Positions 52,501 through 64,000 of a DNA stretch of 64,000 nt are shown here, in pieces. The notes beneath the pieces were generated by a model. That model worked only from the letters and a program-made list of their open reading frames with translations. It ran no database searches and was not told the DNA's origin. Where the stretch lies: contig JBHGNT010000102.1 in the NCBI GenBank assembly GCA_043228905.1, positions 1 to 64,000 of the forward strand. Direction: 5' to 3'. Within the stretch, counting starts at the first letter, position 1, and each line of letters opens with the position of its first letter. The stretch is from Azolla caroliniana (taxonomy: Eukaryota > Plantae > Polypodiophyta). Position numbers and translations under genes: made by a program.

Positions 52501-55500
52501 AAAATCTTGATTTTTTAAGTCCATATCATAGCTAGCATTGTTAGCTTCGATATCCATGTTTGAACACAGAAATCCGTTATCACACGAGCCAGGTATGAAC
52601 ATTTTAATTTACTCACGGGCTCTTCTCAACTCCCTCCTCAAATTTGCTAATTTCTTCATGTCTCTCGACCTGAGTTTCAAAATCTTGATTTTTTAAGTCC
52701 ATATCATAGCTAGCATTGTTAGCTTCGATATCCATGTTTGAACACAGAAATCCGTTATCACACGAGCCAGGTATGAACATTTTAATTTACTCACGGGCTC
52801 TTCTCAACTCCCTCCTCAAATTTGCTAATTTCTTCATGTCTCTCGACCTGAATTTCAAAATCTTGATTTTTTAATTCCATATTATAGCTAGCATTGTTAG
52901 CTTCGATACGCATGTTTGAACACAGAAATCCGATATCACACGAGCCTGGTATGAACATTTTCATTTACTCACGGGCTCTTCTCAAGTCCCTCCTCAAATT
53001 TGCTAATTTTTTCATGTCTCTCGACCTGAGTTTCAAAATCTTGATTTTTTAATTCTATATCATAGCTAGCATTGTTAGCTTCGATACACATGTTTGAACA
53101 CAAAAATCCGATATCACACGAGCCAGGTATGACCATTTTAATTTACTCACGGGCTCTTCTCAACTCCCTTCTCAAATTTGCTAATTTCTTCATGTCTCTC
53201 GACCTGAGTTTCCAAATCTTGTTTTTTTAATTCCATATCATAGCTAGCATTGTTAGCTTCGATACGCATGTTTCAACACAGAAATCCGATATCACACGAG
53301 CCAGGTATGACCATTTTCATTTACCCACGGGCTCTTCTCAACTCCCTCCTCAAATTTGCTAATTTCTTCATGTCTCTCGACCTGAGTTTCAAAATCTTGA
53401 TTTTTTAAGTCCATATCATAGCTAGCATTGTTATCTTCGTTATCCATGTTTGAACACAAAAATCCATTATCACCCGAGCCTGGTATGAACATTTTCATTT
53501 ACTCACAGGCTCTTCTCAACTCCCTCCTCAAATTTGCTAATTTCTTCATGTCTCTCGACCTGAGTTTCAAAATCTTGATTTTTTAATTCTATATCATAGC
53601 TAACATTGTTAGCTTCGATACGCATGTTTGAACACAAAAATCCGTTATCACACGAGCCAGGTATGACCATTTTAATTTACTCACGGGCTCTTGTCAACTC
53701 CCTCCTCAAATTTGCTAATTTTTTCATGTCTCTCGACCTGAGTTTCAAAATCTTGATTTTTTAATTCTATATCATAGCTAGCATTGTTAGCTTCGATACG
53801 CATGTTTGAACACAAAAATCCGATATCACACGAGCCTGGTATGAACATTTTCATTTACTCACGGGCTCTTCTCAACTCCCTCCTCAAATATGCTAATTTC
53901 TTCATGTCTCTCGACCTGAGTTTCCAAATCTTGTTTTTTTAATTCCATATCATAGCTAGCATTGTTAGCTTCGATACGCATGTTTCAACACAGAAATCCG
54001 ATATCACACGAGCCAGGTATGACCATTTTCATTTACCCACGGGCTCTTCTCAACTCCCTCCTCAAATTTGCTAATTTCTTCATGTCTCTCGACCTGAGTT
54101 TCAAAATCTTGATTTTTTAAGTCCATATCATAGCTAGCATTGTTATCTTCGTTATCCATGTTTGAACACAAAAATCCGATATCACCCGAGCCTGGTATGA
54201 ACATTTTCATTTACTCACGGGCTCTTCTCAATTCCCTCCTCAAATTTGCTAATTTCTTCATGTCTCTCGACCTGAGTTTCAAAATCTTGATTTTTTAAGT
54301 CCATATCATAGCTAGCATTGTTATCTTCGTTATCCATGTTTGAACACAAAAATCCGATATCACCCGAGCCTGGTATGAACATTTTCATTTACTCACAGGC
54401 TCTTCTCAACTCCCTCCTCAAATTTGCTAATTTCTTCATGTCTCTCGACCTGAGTTTCAAAATCTTGATTTTTTAATTCTATATCATAGCTAACATTGTT
54501 AGCTTCGATACGCATGTTTGAACACAAAAATCCGTTATCACACGAGCCAGGTATGACCATTTTAATTTACTCACGGGCTCTTGTCAACTCCCTCCTCAAA
54601 TTTGCTAATTTTTTCATGTCTCTCGACCTGAGTTTCAAAATCTTGATTTTTTAATTCTATATCATAGCTAGCATTGTTAGCTTCGATACGCATGTTTGAA
54701 CACAAAAATCCGATATCACACGAGCCTGGTATGAACATTTTCATTTACTCACGGGCTCTTCTCAACTCCCTCCTCAAATATGCTAATTTCTTCATGTCTC
54801 TCGACCTGAGTTTCCAAATCTTGTTTTTTTAATTCCATATCATAGCTAGCATTGTTAGCTTCGATACGCATGTTTCAACACAGAAATCCGATATCACACG
54901 AGCCAGGTATGACCATTTTCATTTACCCACGGGCTCTTCTCAACTCCCTCCTCAAATTTGCTAATTTCTTCATGTCTCTTGACCTGAGTTTCAAAATCTT
55001 GATTTTTTAAGTCCATATCATAGCTAGCATTGTTATTTTCGTTATCCATGTTTGAACACAAAAATCCGATATCACCCGAGCCTGGTATGAACATTTTCAT
55101 TTACTCACAGGCTCTTCTCAATTCCCTCCTCAAATTTGCTAATTTCTTCATGTCTCTCGACCTGAGTTTCAAAATCTTGATTTTTTAATTCTATATCATA
55201 GCTAACATTGTTAGCTTCGATACGCATGTTTGAACACAAAAATCCGTTATCACACGAGCCAGGTATGAACATTTTAATTTACTCACAGGCTCTTCTCAAC
55301 TCCCTCCTCAAATTTGCTAATTTCTTCATGTCTCTCGACCTGAATTTCAAAATCTTGATTTTTTAATTCCATATTATAGCTAGCATTGTTAGCTTCGATA
55401 CGCATGTTTGAACACAGAAATCCGATATCACACGAGCCTGGTATGAACATTTTCATTTACTCACGGGCTCTTCTCAAGTCCCTCCTCAAATTTGCTAATT

Positions 55501-58500
55501 TTTTCATGTCTCTCGACCTGAGTTTCAAAATCTTGATTTTTTAATTCTATATCATAGCTAGCATTGTTAGCTTCGATACGCATGTTTGAACACAAAAATC
55601 CGATATCACACGAGCCTGGTATGAACATTTTCATTTACTCACGGGCTCTTCTCAACTCCCTCCTCAAATATGCTAATTTCTTCATGTCTCTCGACCTGAG
55701 TTTCCAAATCTTGTTTTTTTAATTCCATATCATAGCTAGCATTGTTAGCTTCGATACGCATGTTTCAACACAGAAATCCGATATCACACGAGCCAGGTAT
55801 GACCATTTTCATTTACCCACGGGCTCTTCTCAACTCCCTCCTCAAATTTGCTAATTTCTTCATGTCTCTCGACCTGAGTTTCAAAATCTTGATTTTTTAA
55901 GTCCATATCATAGCTAGCATTGTTATCTTCGTTATCCATGTTTGAACACAAAAATCCGATATCACCCGAGCCTGGTATGAACATTTTCATTTACTCACAG
56001 GCTCTTCTCAACTCCCTCCTCAAATTTGCTAATTTCTTCATGTCTCTCGACCTGAGTTTCAAAATCTTGATTTTTTAATTCTATATCATAGCTAACATTG
56101 TTAGCTTCGATACGCATGTTTGAACACAAAAATCCGTTATCACACGAGCCAGGTATGAACATTTTAATTTACTCACAGGCTCTTCTCAACTCCCTCCTCA
56201 AATTTGCTAATTTCTTCATGTCTCTCGACCTGAATTTCAAAATCTTGATTTTTAAATTCCATATCATAGCTAGCATTGTTAGCTTCGATACGCATGTTCG
56301 AACACAAAAATCCGATATCACACGAGCGAGGTATGAACATTTTAATTTACTCACAGGCTCTTCTCAACTCCCTCCTCAAATTTGCTAATTTCTTCATGTC
56401 TCTCGACCTGAGTTTCAAAATCTTGATTTTTTAATTCTATATCATAGCTAACATTGTTAGCTTCGATACGCATGTTTGAACACAAAAATCCGTTATCACA
56501 CGAGCCAGGTATGAACATTTTAATTTACTCACAGGCTCTTCTCAACTCCCTCCTCAAATTTGCTAATTTCTTCATGTCTCTCGACCTGAATTTCAAAATC
56601 TTGATTTTTAAATTCCATATCATAGCTAGCATTGTTAGCTTCGATACGCATGTTTGAACACAAAAATCCGATATCACACGAGCGAGGTATGAACATTTTA
56701 ATTTACTCACAGGCTCTTCTCAACTCCCTCCTCAAATTTGCTAATTTCTTCATGTCTCTCGACCTGAGTTTCAAAATCTTGATTTTTTAATTCCATATCA
56801 TAGCTAGCTTTGTTAGCTTCGATTCGCATGTTTTAACACAAAAATCCGATATAACACGAGCCAGGTATGACCATTTTAATTTACTCACGGGCTCTTCTCA
56901 ACTCCCTTCTCAAATTTGCTAATTTCTTCATGTCTCTCGACCTGAGTTTCAAAATCTTGATTTTTTAAGTCCATATCATAGCTAGCATTGTTAGCTTCGA
57001 TATCCATGTTTGAACACAGAAATCCGTTATCACACGAGCCAGGTATGAACATTTTAATTTACTCACGGGCTCTTCTCAACTCCCTCCTCAAATTTGCTAA
57101 TTTCTTCATGTCTCTCGACCTGAATTTCAAAATCTTGATTTTTAAATTCCATATCATAGCTAGCATTGTTAGCTTCGATACGCATGTTTGAACACAAAAA
57201 TCCGATATCACACGAGCGAGGTATGAACATTTTAATTTACTCACAGGCTCTTCTCAACTCCCTCCTCAAATTTGCTAATTTCTTCATGTCTCTCGACCTG
57301 AATTTCAAAATCTTGATTTTTTAATTCCATATTATAGCTAGCATTGTTAGCTTCGATACACATGTTTGAACACAGAAATCCGATATCACACGAGCGAGGT
57401 ATGAACATTTCCATTTACTCACAGGCTCTTCTCAACTCCCTCCTCAATTTTACTAATTTCTTCATGTCTCTCGACCTGAATTTCAAAATCTTGATTTTTT
57501 AATTCCATATCATAGCTAGCATTGTTAGCTTCGATACGCATGTTTGAACACAGAAATCCGATATCACACGAGCATGGTATGAACATTTTCATTTACTCAC
57601 GGGCTCTTCTCAAGTCCCTCCTCAAATTTGCTAATTTCTTCATGTCTCTCGACCTGAGTTTCAAAATCTTGATTTTTTAATTCCATATCATAGCTAGCTT
57701 TGTTAGCTTCGATTCGCATGTTTTAACACAAAAATCCGATATAACACGAGCCAGGTATGACCATTTTAATTTACTCACGGGCTCTTCTCAACTCCCTCCT
57801 CAAATTTGCTAATTTCTTCATGTCTCTCGACCTGAATTTCAAAATCTTGATTTTTTAATTCTATATCATAGCTAGCATTGTTAGCTTCGATACGCATGTT
57901 TGAACACAGAAATCCGTTATCACACGAGCCTGGTATAAACATTTTAATTTACTCACAGGCTCTTCTCAACTCCCTCCTCAAATTTGCTAATTTCTTCATG
58001 TCTCTCGACCTGAGTTTGAAAATCTTGTTTTTTTAATTCCATATCATAGCTAGCATTGTTAGCTTCGATATCCATGTTTCAACACAGAAATCCGATATCA
58101 CACGAGCCAGGTATGACCATTTTAATTTACCCACGGGCTCTTCTCAACTCCCTCCTCAAATTTGCTAATTTCTTCATGTCTCTCGACCTGAATTTCAAAA
58201 TCTTGATTTTTTAATTCCATGTCATAGCTAGCATTGTTAGCTTCGATACGCATGTTTGAACACAAAAATCCGATATCACACGAGCCTGGTATGAACATTT
58301 TCATTTACTCACGGGCTCTTCTCAAGTCCCTCCTCAAATTTGCTAATTCCTTCATGTCTCTCGACCTGAGTTTCAAAATCTTGATTTCCTAATTCCATAA
58401 CATAGCTAGCATTGTTAGCTTCGATACGCATGTTTGAACACAGAAATCCGATATCACACGAGCATGGTATGAACATTTTCATTTACTCACGGGCTCTTCT

Positions 58501-61500
58501 CAAGTCCCTCCTCAAATTTGCTAATTTCTTCATGTCTCTCGACCTGAGTTTCAAAATCTTGATTTCTTAATTCCATAACATAGCTAGCATTGTTAGCTTC
58601 GATACGCATGTTTGAACACAGAAATCCGATATCACACGAGCCTGGTATGAACATTTTCATTTACTCACGGGCTCTTCTCAAGTCCCTCCTCAAATTTGCT
58701 AATTTTTTCATGTCTCTCGACCTGAGTTTCAAAATCTTGATTTTTTAATTCCATATCATAGCTAGCTTTGTTAGCTTCGATTCGCATGTTTTAACACAGA
58801 AATCCGTTATCACACGAGCCTGGTATAAACATTTTAATTTACTCACAGGCTCTTCTCAACTCCCTCCTCAAATATGCTAATTTCTTCATGTCTCTCGACC
58901 TGAGTTTCAAAATCTTGTTTTTTTAATTCCATATCATAGCTAGCATTGTTAGCTTCGATACGCATGTTTCAACACAGAAATCCGATATCACACGAGCCAG
59001 GTATGACCATTTTAATTTACCCACGGGCTCTTCTCAACTCCCTCCTCAAATTTGCTAATTTCTTCATGTCTCTCGACCTGAATTTCAAAATCTTGATTTC
59101 TAGATTCCATATCATAGCTAGCATTGTTAGCTTCGATACGCATGTTTGAACACAAAAATCCGATATCATACGAGCGAGGTATGAACATTTTAATTTACTC
59201 ACAGGCTCTTCTCAACTCCCTCCTCAAATTTGCTAATTTCTTCATGTCTCTCGACCTAAGTTTCAAAATCTTGATTTCTTAATTCCATAACATAGCTAGC
59301 ATTGTTAGCTTCGATACGCATGTTTGAACACAGAAATCCGATATCACACGAGCCAGGTATGACCATTTTAATTTACTCACAGGCTCTTCTCAACTCCCTC
59401 CTCAAATTTGCTAATTTCTTCATGTCTCTCGACCTCAGTTTCAAAATCTTGATTTCTTAATTCCATAACATAGCTAGCATTGTTAGCTTCGATACGCATG
59501 TTTGAACACAGAAATCCGATATCACACGAGCCTGGTATGAACATTTTCATTTACTCACGGGCTCTTCTCAAGTCCCTCCTCAAATTTGCTAATTTTCTCA
59601 TGTCTATCGACCTGAGTTTCAAAATTTTGATTTTTTAATTCCATATCATAGCTAGCTTTGTTAGCTTCGATTCGCATGTTTTAACACAAAAATCCGATAT
59701 AACACGAGCCAGGTATGACCATTTTAATTTACTCACGGGCTCTTCTCAACTCCCTTCTCAAATTTGCTAATTTCTTCATGTCTCTCGACCTGAGTTTCAA
59801 AATCTTGATTTTTTAATTCCATATCATAGCTAGCATTGTTAGCTTCGATACGCATGTTTGAACACAGAAATCCGATATCACACGAGCCTGGTATGAACAT
59901 TTTCATTTACTCACGGGCTCTTCTCAAGTCCCTCCTCAAATTTGCTAATTTTTTCATGTCTCTCGACCTGAGTTTCAAAATCTTGATTTTTTAATTCTAT
60001 ATCATAGCTAGCATTGTTAGCTTCGATACGCATGTTTGAACACAGAAATCCGTTATCACACGAGCCTGGTATAAACATTTTAATTTACTCACAGGCTCTT
60101 CTCAACTCCCTCCTCAAATATGCTAATTTCTTCATGTCTCTCGACCTGAGTTTCAAAATCTTGTTTTTTTAATTCCATATCATAGCTAGCATTGTTAGCT
60201 TCGATACGCATGTTTCAACACAGAAATCCGATATCACACGAGCCAGGTATGACCATTTTAATTTACCCACGGGCTCTTCTCAACTCCCTCCTCAAATTTG
60301 CTAATTTCTTCATGTCTCTCGACCTGAGTTTCGAAATCTTGATTTTTTAAGTCCATATTATAGCTAGCATTGTTAGCTTCGTTATCCATGTTTGAACACA
60401 AAAATCCGATATCACCCGAGCCTGGTATGAACATTTTAATTTACTCACAGGCTCTTCTCAACTCCCTCCTCAAATTTGCTAATTTCTTCATGTCTCTCGA
60501 CCTGAGTTTCAAAATCTTGATTTTTTAATTCTATATCATAGCTAACATTGTTAGCTTCGATACGCATGTTTGAACACAAAAATCCGTTATCACACGAGCC
60601 AGGTATGAACGTTTTAATTTACTCACAGGCTCTTCTCAACTCCCTCCTCAAATTTGCTAATTTCTTCATGTCTCTCGACCTGAATTTCAAAATGTTGATT
60701 TTTAAATTCCATATCATAGCTAGCATTGTTAGCTTCGATACGCATGTTTGAACACAAAAATCCGATATCACACGAGCGAGGTATGAACATTTTAATTTAC
60801 TCACAGGCTCTTCTCAACTCCCTCCTCAAATTTGCTAATTTCTTCATGTCTCTCGACCTGAGTTTCAAAATCTTGATTTTTTAATTCCATATCATAGCTA
60901 GCTTTGTTAGCTTCGATTCGCATGTTTTAACACAAAAATCCGATATAACACGAGCCAGGTATGACCATTTTAATTTACTCACGGGCTCTTCTCAACTCCC
61001 TTCTCAAATTTGCTAATTTCTTCATGTCTCTCGACCTGAGTTTCAAAATCTTGATTTTTGAAGTCCATATCACAGCTAGCATTGTTAGCTTCGATATCCA
61101 TGTTTGAACACAGAAATCCGTTATCACACGAGCCAGGTATGAACATTTTAATTTACTCACGGGCTCTTCTCAACTCCCTCCTCAAATTTGCTAATTTCTT
61201 CATGTCTCTCGACCTGAATTTCAAAATCTTGATTTTTTAATTCCATATTATAGCTAGCATTGTTAGCTTCGATACACATGTTTGAACACAGAAATCCGAT
61301 ATCACACGAGCGAGGTATGAACATTTTAATTTACTCAGAGGCTCTTCTCAACTCCCTCCTCAATTTTTCTAATTTCTTCATGTCTCTCGACCTGAATTTC
61401 AAAATCTTGATTTTTTAATTCCATATCATAGCTAGCATTGTTAGCTTCGATACGCATGTTTGAACACAAAAATCCGATATCACACGAGCCTGGTATGAAC

Positions 61501-64000
61501 ATTTTCATTTACTCACGGGCTCTTCTCAAGTCCCTCCTCAAATTTGCTAATTTTTTCATGTCTCTCGACCTGAGTTTCAAAATCTTGATTTTTTAATTCT
61601 ATATCATAGCTAGCATTGTTAGCTTCGATACGCATGTTTGAACACAGAAATCCGTTATCACACGAGCCTGGTATAAACATTTTAATTTACTCACAGGCTC
61701 TTCTCAACTCCCTCCTCAAATTTGCTAATTTCTTCATGTCTCTCGACCTCAGTTTCAAAATCTTGATTTCTTAATTCCATAACATAGCTAGCATTGTTAG
61801 CTTCGATACGCATGTTTGAACACAGAAATCCGATATCACACGAGCATGGTATGAACATTTTCATTTACTCACGGGCTCTTCTCAAGTCCCTCCTCAAATT
61901 TGCTAATTTCTTCATGTCTCTCGACCTGAGTTTCAAAATCTTGATTTTTTAATTCCATATCATAGCTAGCTTTGTTAGCTTCGATTCGCATGTTTTAACA
62001 CAAAAATCCGATATAACACGAGCCAGGTATGACCATTTTAATTTACTCACGGGCTCTTCTCAACTCCCTCCTCAAATTTGCTAATTTCTTCATGTCTCTC
62101 GACCTGAATTTCAAAATCTTGATTTTTTAATTCTATATCATAGCTAGCATTGTTAGCTTCGATACGCATGTTTGAACACAGAAATCCGTTATCACACGAG
62201 CCTGGTATAAACATTTTAATTTACTCACAGGCTCTTCTCAACTCCCTCCTCAAATTTGCTAATTTCTTCATGTCTCTCGACCTGAGTTTGAAAATCTTGT
62301 TTTTTTAATTCCATATCATAGCTAGCATTGTTAGCTTCGATATCCATGTTTCAACACAGAAATCCGATATCACACGAGCCAGGTATGACCATTTTAATTT
62401 ACCCACGGGCTCTTCTCAACTCCCTCCTCAAATTTGCTAATTTCTTCATGTCTCTCGACCTGAATTTCAAAATCTTGATTTCTAGATTCCATATCATAGC
62501 TAGCATTGTTAGCTTCGATACGCATGTTTGAACACAAAAATCCGATATCATACGAGCGAGGTATGAACATTTTAATTTACTCACAGGCTCTTCTCAACTC
62601 CCTCCTCAAATTTGCTAATTTCTTCATGTCTCTCGACCTAAGTTTCAAAATCTTGATTTCTTAATTCCATAACATAGCTAGCATTGTTAGCTTCGATACG
62701 CATGTTTGAACACAGAAATCCGATATCACACGAGCCAGGTATGACCATTTTAATTTACTCACAGGCTCTTCTCAACTCCCTCCTCAAATTTGCTAATTTC
62801 TTCATGTCTCTCGACCTCAGTTTCAAAATCTTGATTTCTTAATTCCATAACATAGCTAGCATTGTTAGCTTCGATACGCATGTTTGAACACAGAAATCCG
62901 ATATCACACGAGCCTGGTATGAACATTTTCATTTACTCACGGGCTCTTCTCAAGTCCCTCCTCAAATTTGCTAATTTTCTCATGTCTATCGACCTGAGTT
63001 TCAAAATTTTGATTTTTTAATTCCATATCATAGCTAGCTTTGTTAGCTTCGATTCGCATGTTTCAACACAAAAATCCGATATAACACGAGCCAGGTATGA
63101 CCATTTTAATTTACTCACGGGCTCTTCTCAACTCCCTTCTCAAATTTGCTAATTTCTTCATGTCTCTCGACCTGAGTTTCAAAATCTTGATTTTTTAATT
63201 CCATATCATAGCTAGCATTGTTAGCTTCGATACGCATGTTTGAACACAGAAATCCGATATCACACGAGCCTGGTATGAACATTTTCATTTACTCACGGGC
63301 TCTTCTCAAGTCCCTCCTCAAATTTGCTAATTTTTTCATGTCTCTCGACCTGAGTTTCAAAATCTTGATTTTTTAATTCTATATCATAGCTAGCATTGTT
63401 AGCTTCGATACGCATGTTTGAACACAGAAATCCGTTATCACACGAGCCTGGTATAAACATTTTAATTTACTCACAGGCTCTTCTCAACTCCCTCCTCAAA
63501 TATGCTAATTTCTTCATGTCTCTCGACCTGAGTTTCAAAATCTTGTTTTTTTAATTCCATATCATAGCTAGCATTGTTAGCTTCGATACGCATGTTTCAA
63601 CACAGAAATCCGATATCACACGAGCCAGGTATGACCATTTTAATTTACCCACGGGCTCTTCTCAACTCCCTCCTCAAATTTGCTAATTTCTTCATGTCTC
63701 TCGACCTGAGTTTCGAAATCTTGATTTTTTAAGTCCATATTATAGCTAGCATTGTTAGCTTCGTTATCCATGTTTGAACACAAAAATCCGATATCACCCG
63801 AGCCTGGTATGAACATTTTAATTTACTCACAGGCTCTTCTCAACTCCCTCCTCAAATTTGCTAATTTCTTCATGTCTCTCGACCTGAGTTTCAAAATCTT
63901 GATTTTTTAATTCTATATCATAGCTAACATTGTTAGCTTCGATACGCATGTTTGAACACAAAAATCCGTTATCACACGAGCCAGGTATGAACGTTTTAAT
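34592..64000 (+). repeat. Subfamily C satellite, + orientation (~165 monomers), mosaic of irregular HORs
   Basis: It has the same variant set as the inverted block (GCCTGG/GCGAGG, TTCATTT, AAATATGC, CGTTATCC, TTTCAAC, ACCCAC). Local offsets of 356, 712, 890, 1068, 1424, 3382, 4272 and 4450 bp occur between rare variants. Confidence 0.95.

Larger units (their letters stand above)
1..64000. repeat. 178-bp tandem satellite array (~360 monomers), probably centromeric/pericentromeric; runs off both window ends
   Basis: Landmark motifs (CTCGACCTGA, TAGCTAGC, CACACGAGCC) recur every 178 bp throughout, and ORF offsets are multiples of 178 minus known indels. There is no unique sequence. The centromeric role is inferred only from monomer size and HOR structure. 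Confidence 0.98.

Noticed and set aside
1610-62584. About 110 short ORFs (60-115 aa), e.g. MKMFIPGSCDIGFLCSNMRIEANNASYDMELKNQDFETQVERHEEISKFEEGVEKSP
   Set aside because: All are translations of the same monomer on both strands. 178 is not a multiple of 3, so frames shift and stop. ORFs appear and disappear with single SNPs and show no recognisable domain. A ~57-codon open frame among six frames is plausible by chance.
1-64000. CRISPR array or repeat-spacer system
   Set aside because: There are no unique spacers: the entire 178 bp is repeated, and no cas-like ORFs or leader are present.
1-64000. Identification as Arabidopsis CEN178 or alpha satellite
   Set aside because: Only the length matches. 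I recognise none of their characteristic motifs, and there is no canonical CENP-B box. A database search is needed for a real assignment.
1-64000. 5S rDNA, tRNA or snRNA tandem array, or telomeric repeat
   Set aside because: I see no A/B/C box, cloverleaf, 5S similarity or short telomeric motif in the monomer.

Overview
The whole 64 kb window is one eukaryotic-type tandem satellite array: about 360 copies of a 178-bp monomer, about 37% GC. A representative monomer is TACTCACGGGCTCTTCTCAACTCCCTCCTCAAATTTGCTAATTTCTTCATGTCTCTCGACCTGAGTTTCAAAATCTTGATTTTTTAATTCCATATCATAGCTAGCATTGTTAGCTTCGATACGCATGTTTGAACACAAAAATCCGATATCACACGAGCCAGGTATGAACATTTTAATT, and I call this orientation '+'. I found no genes, RNA genes, transposons or CRISPR spacers; every listed ORF is a translation of the monomer. 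There are three variant subfamilies: A (1-~6830), B (~6830-15124) and C (15125-64000). A ~19-kb part of C (15575-~34558) is inverted. Both inversion breakpoints can be read at base level, and the right one carries patchwork templated filler. Local higher-order repeats (5-, 6-, 7-, 8-, 9-, 11-, 15-mers), long-range block copies and a few indel-scarred monomers record the array's turnover. Monomer size and organisation suggest a centromeric or pericentromeric satellite, but I do not recognise the family or organism. I see no evidence for a new gene-encoded system; the interest is in the array architecture and repair scars.
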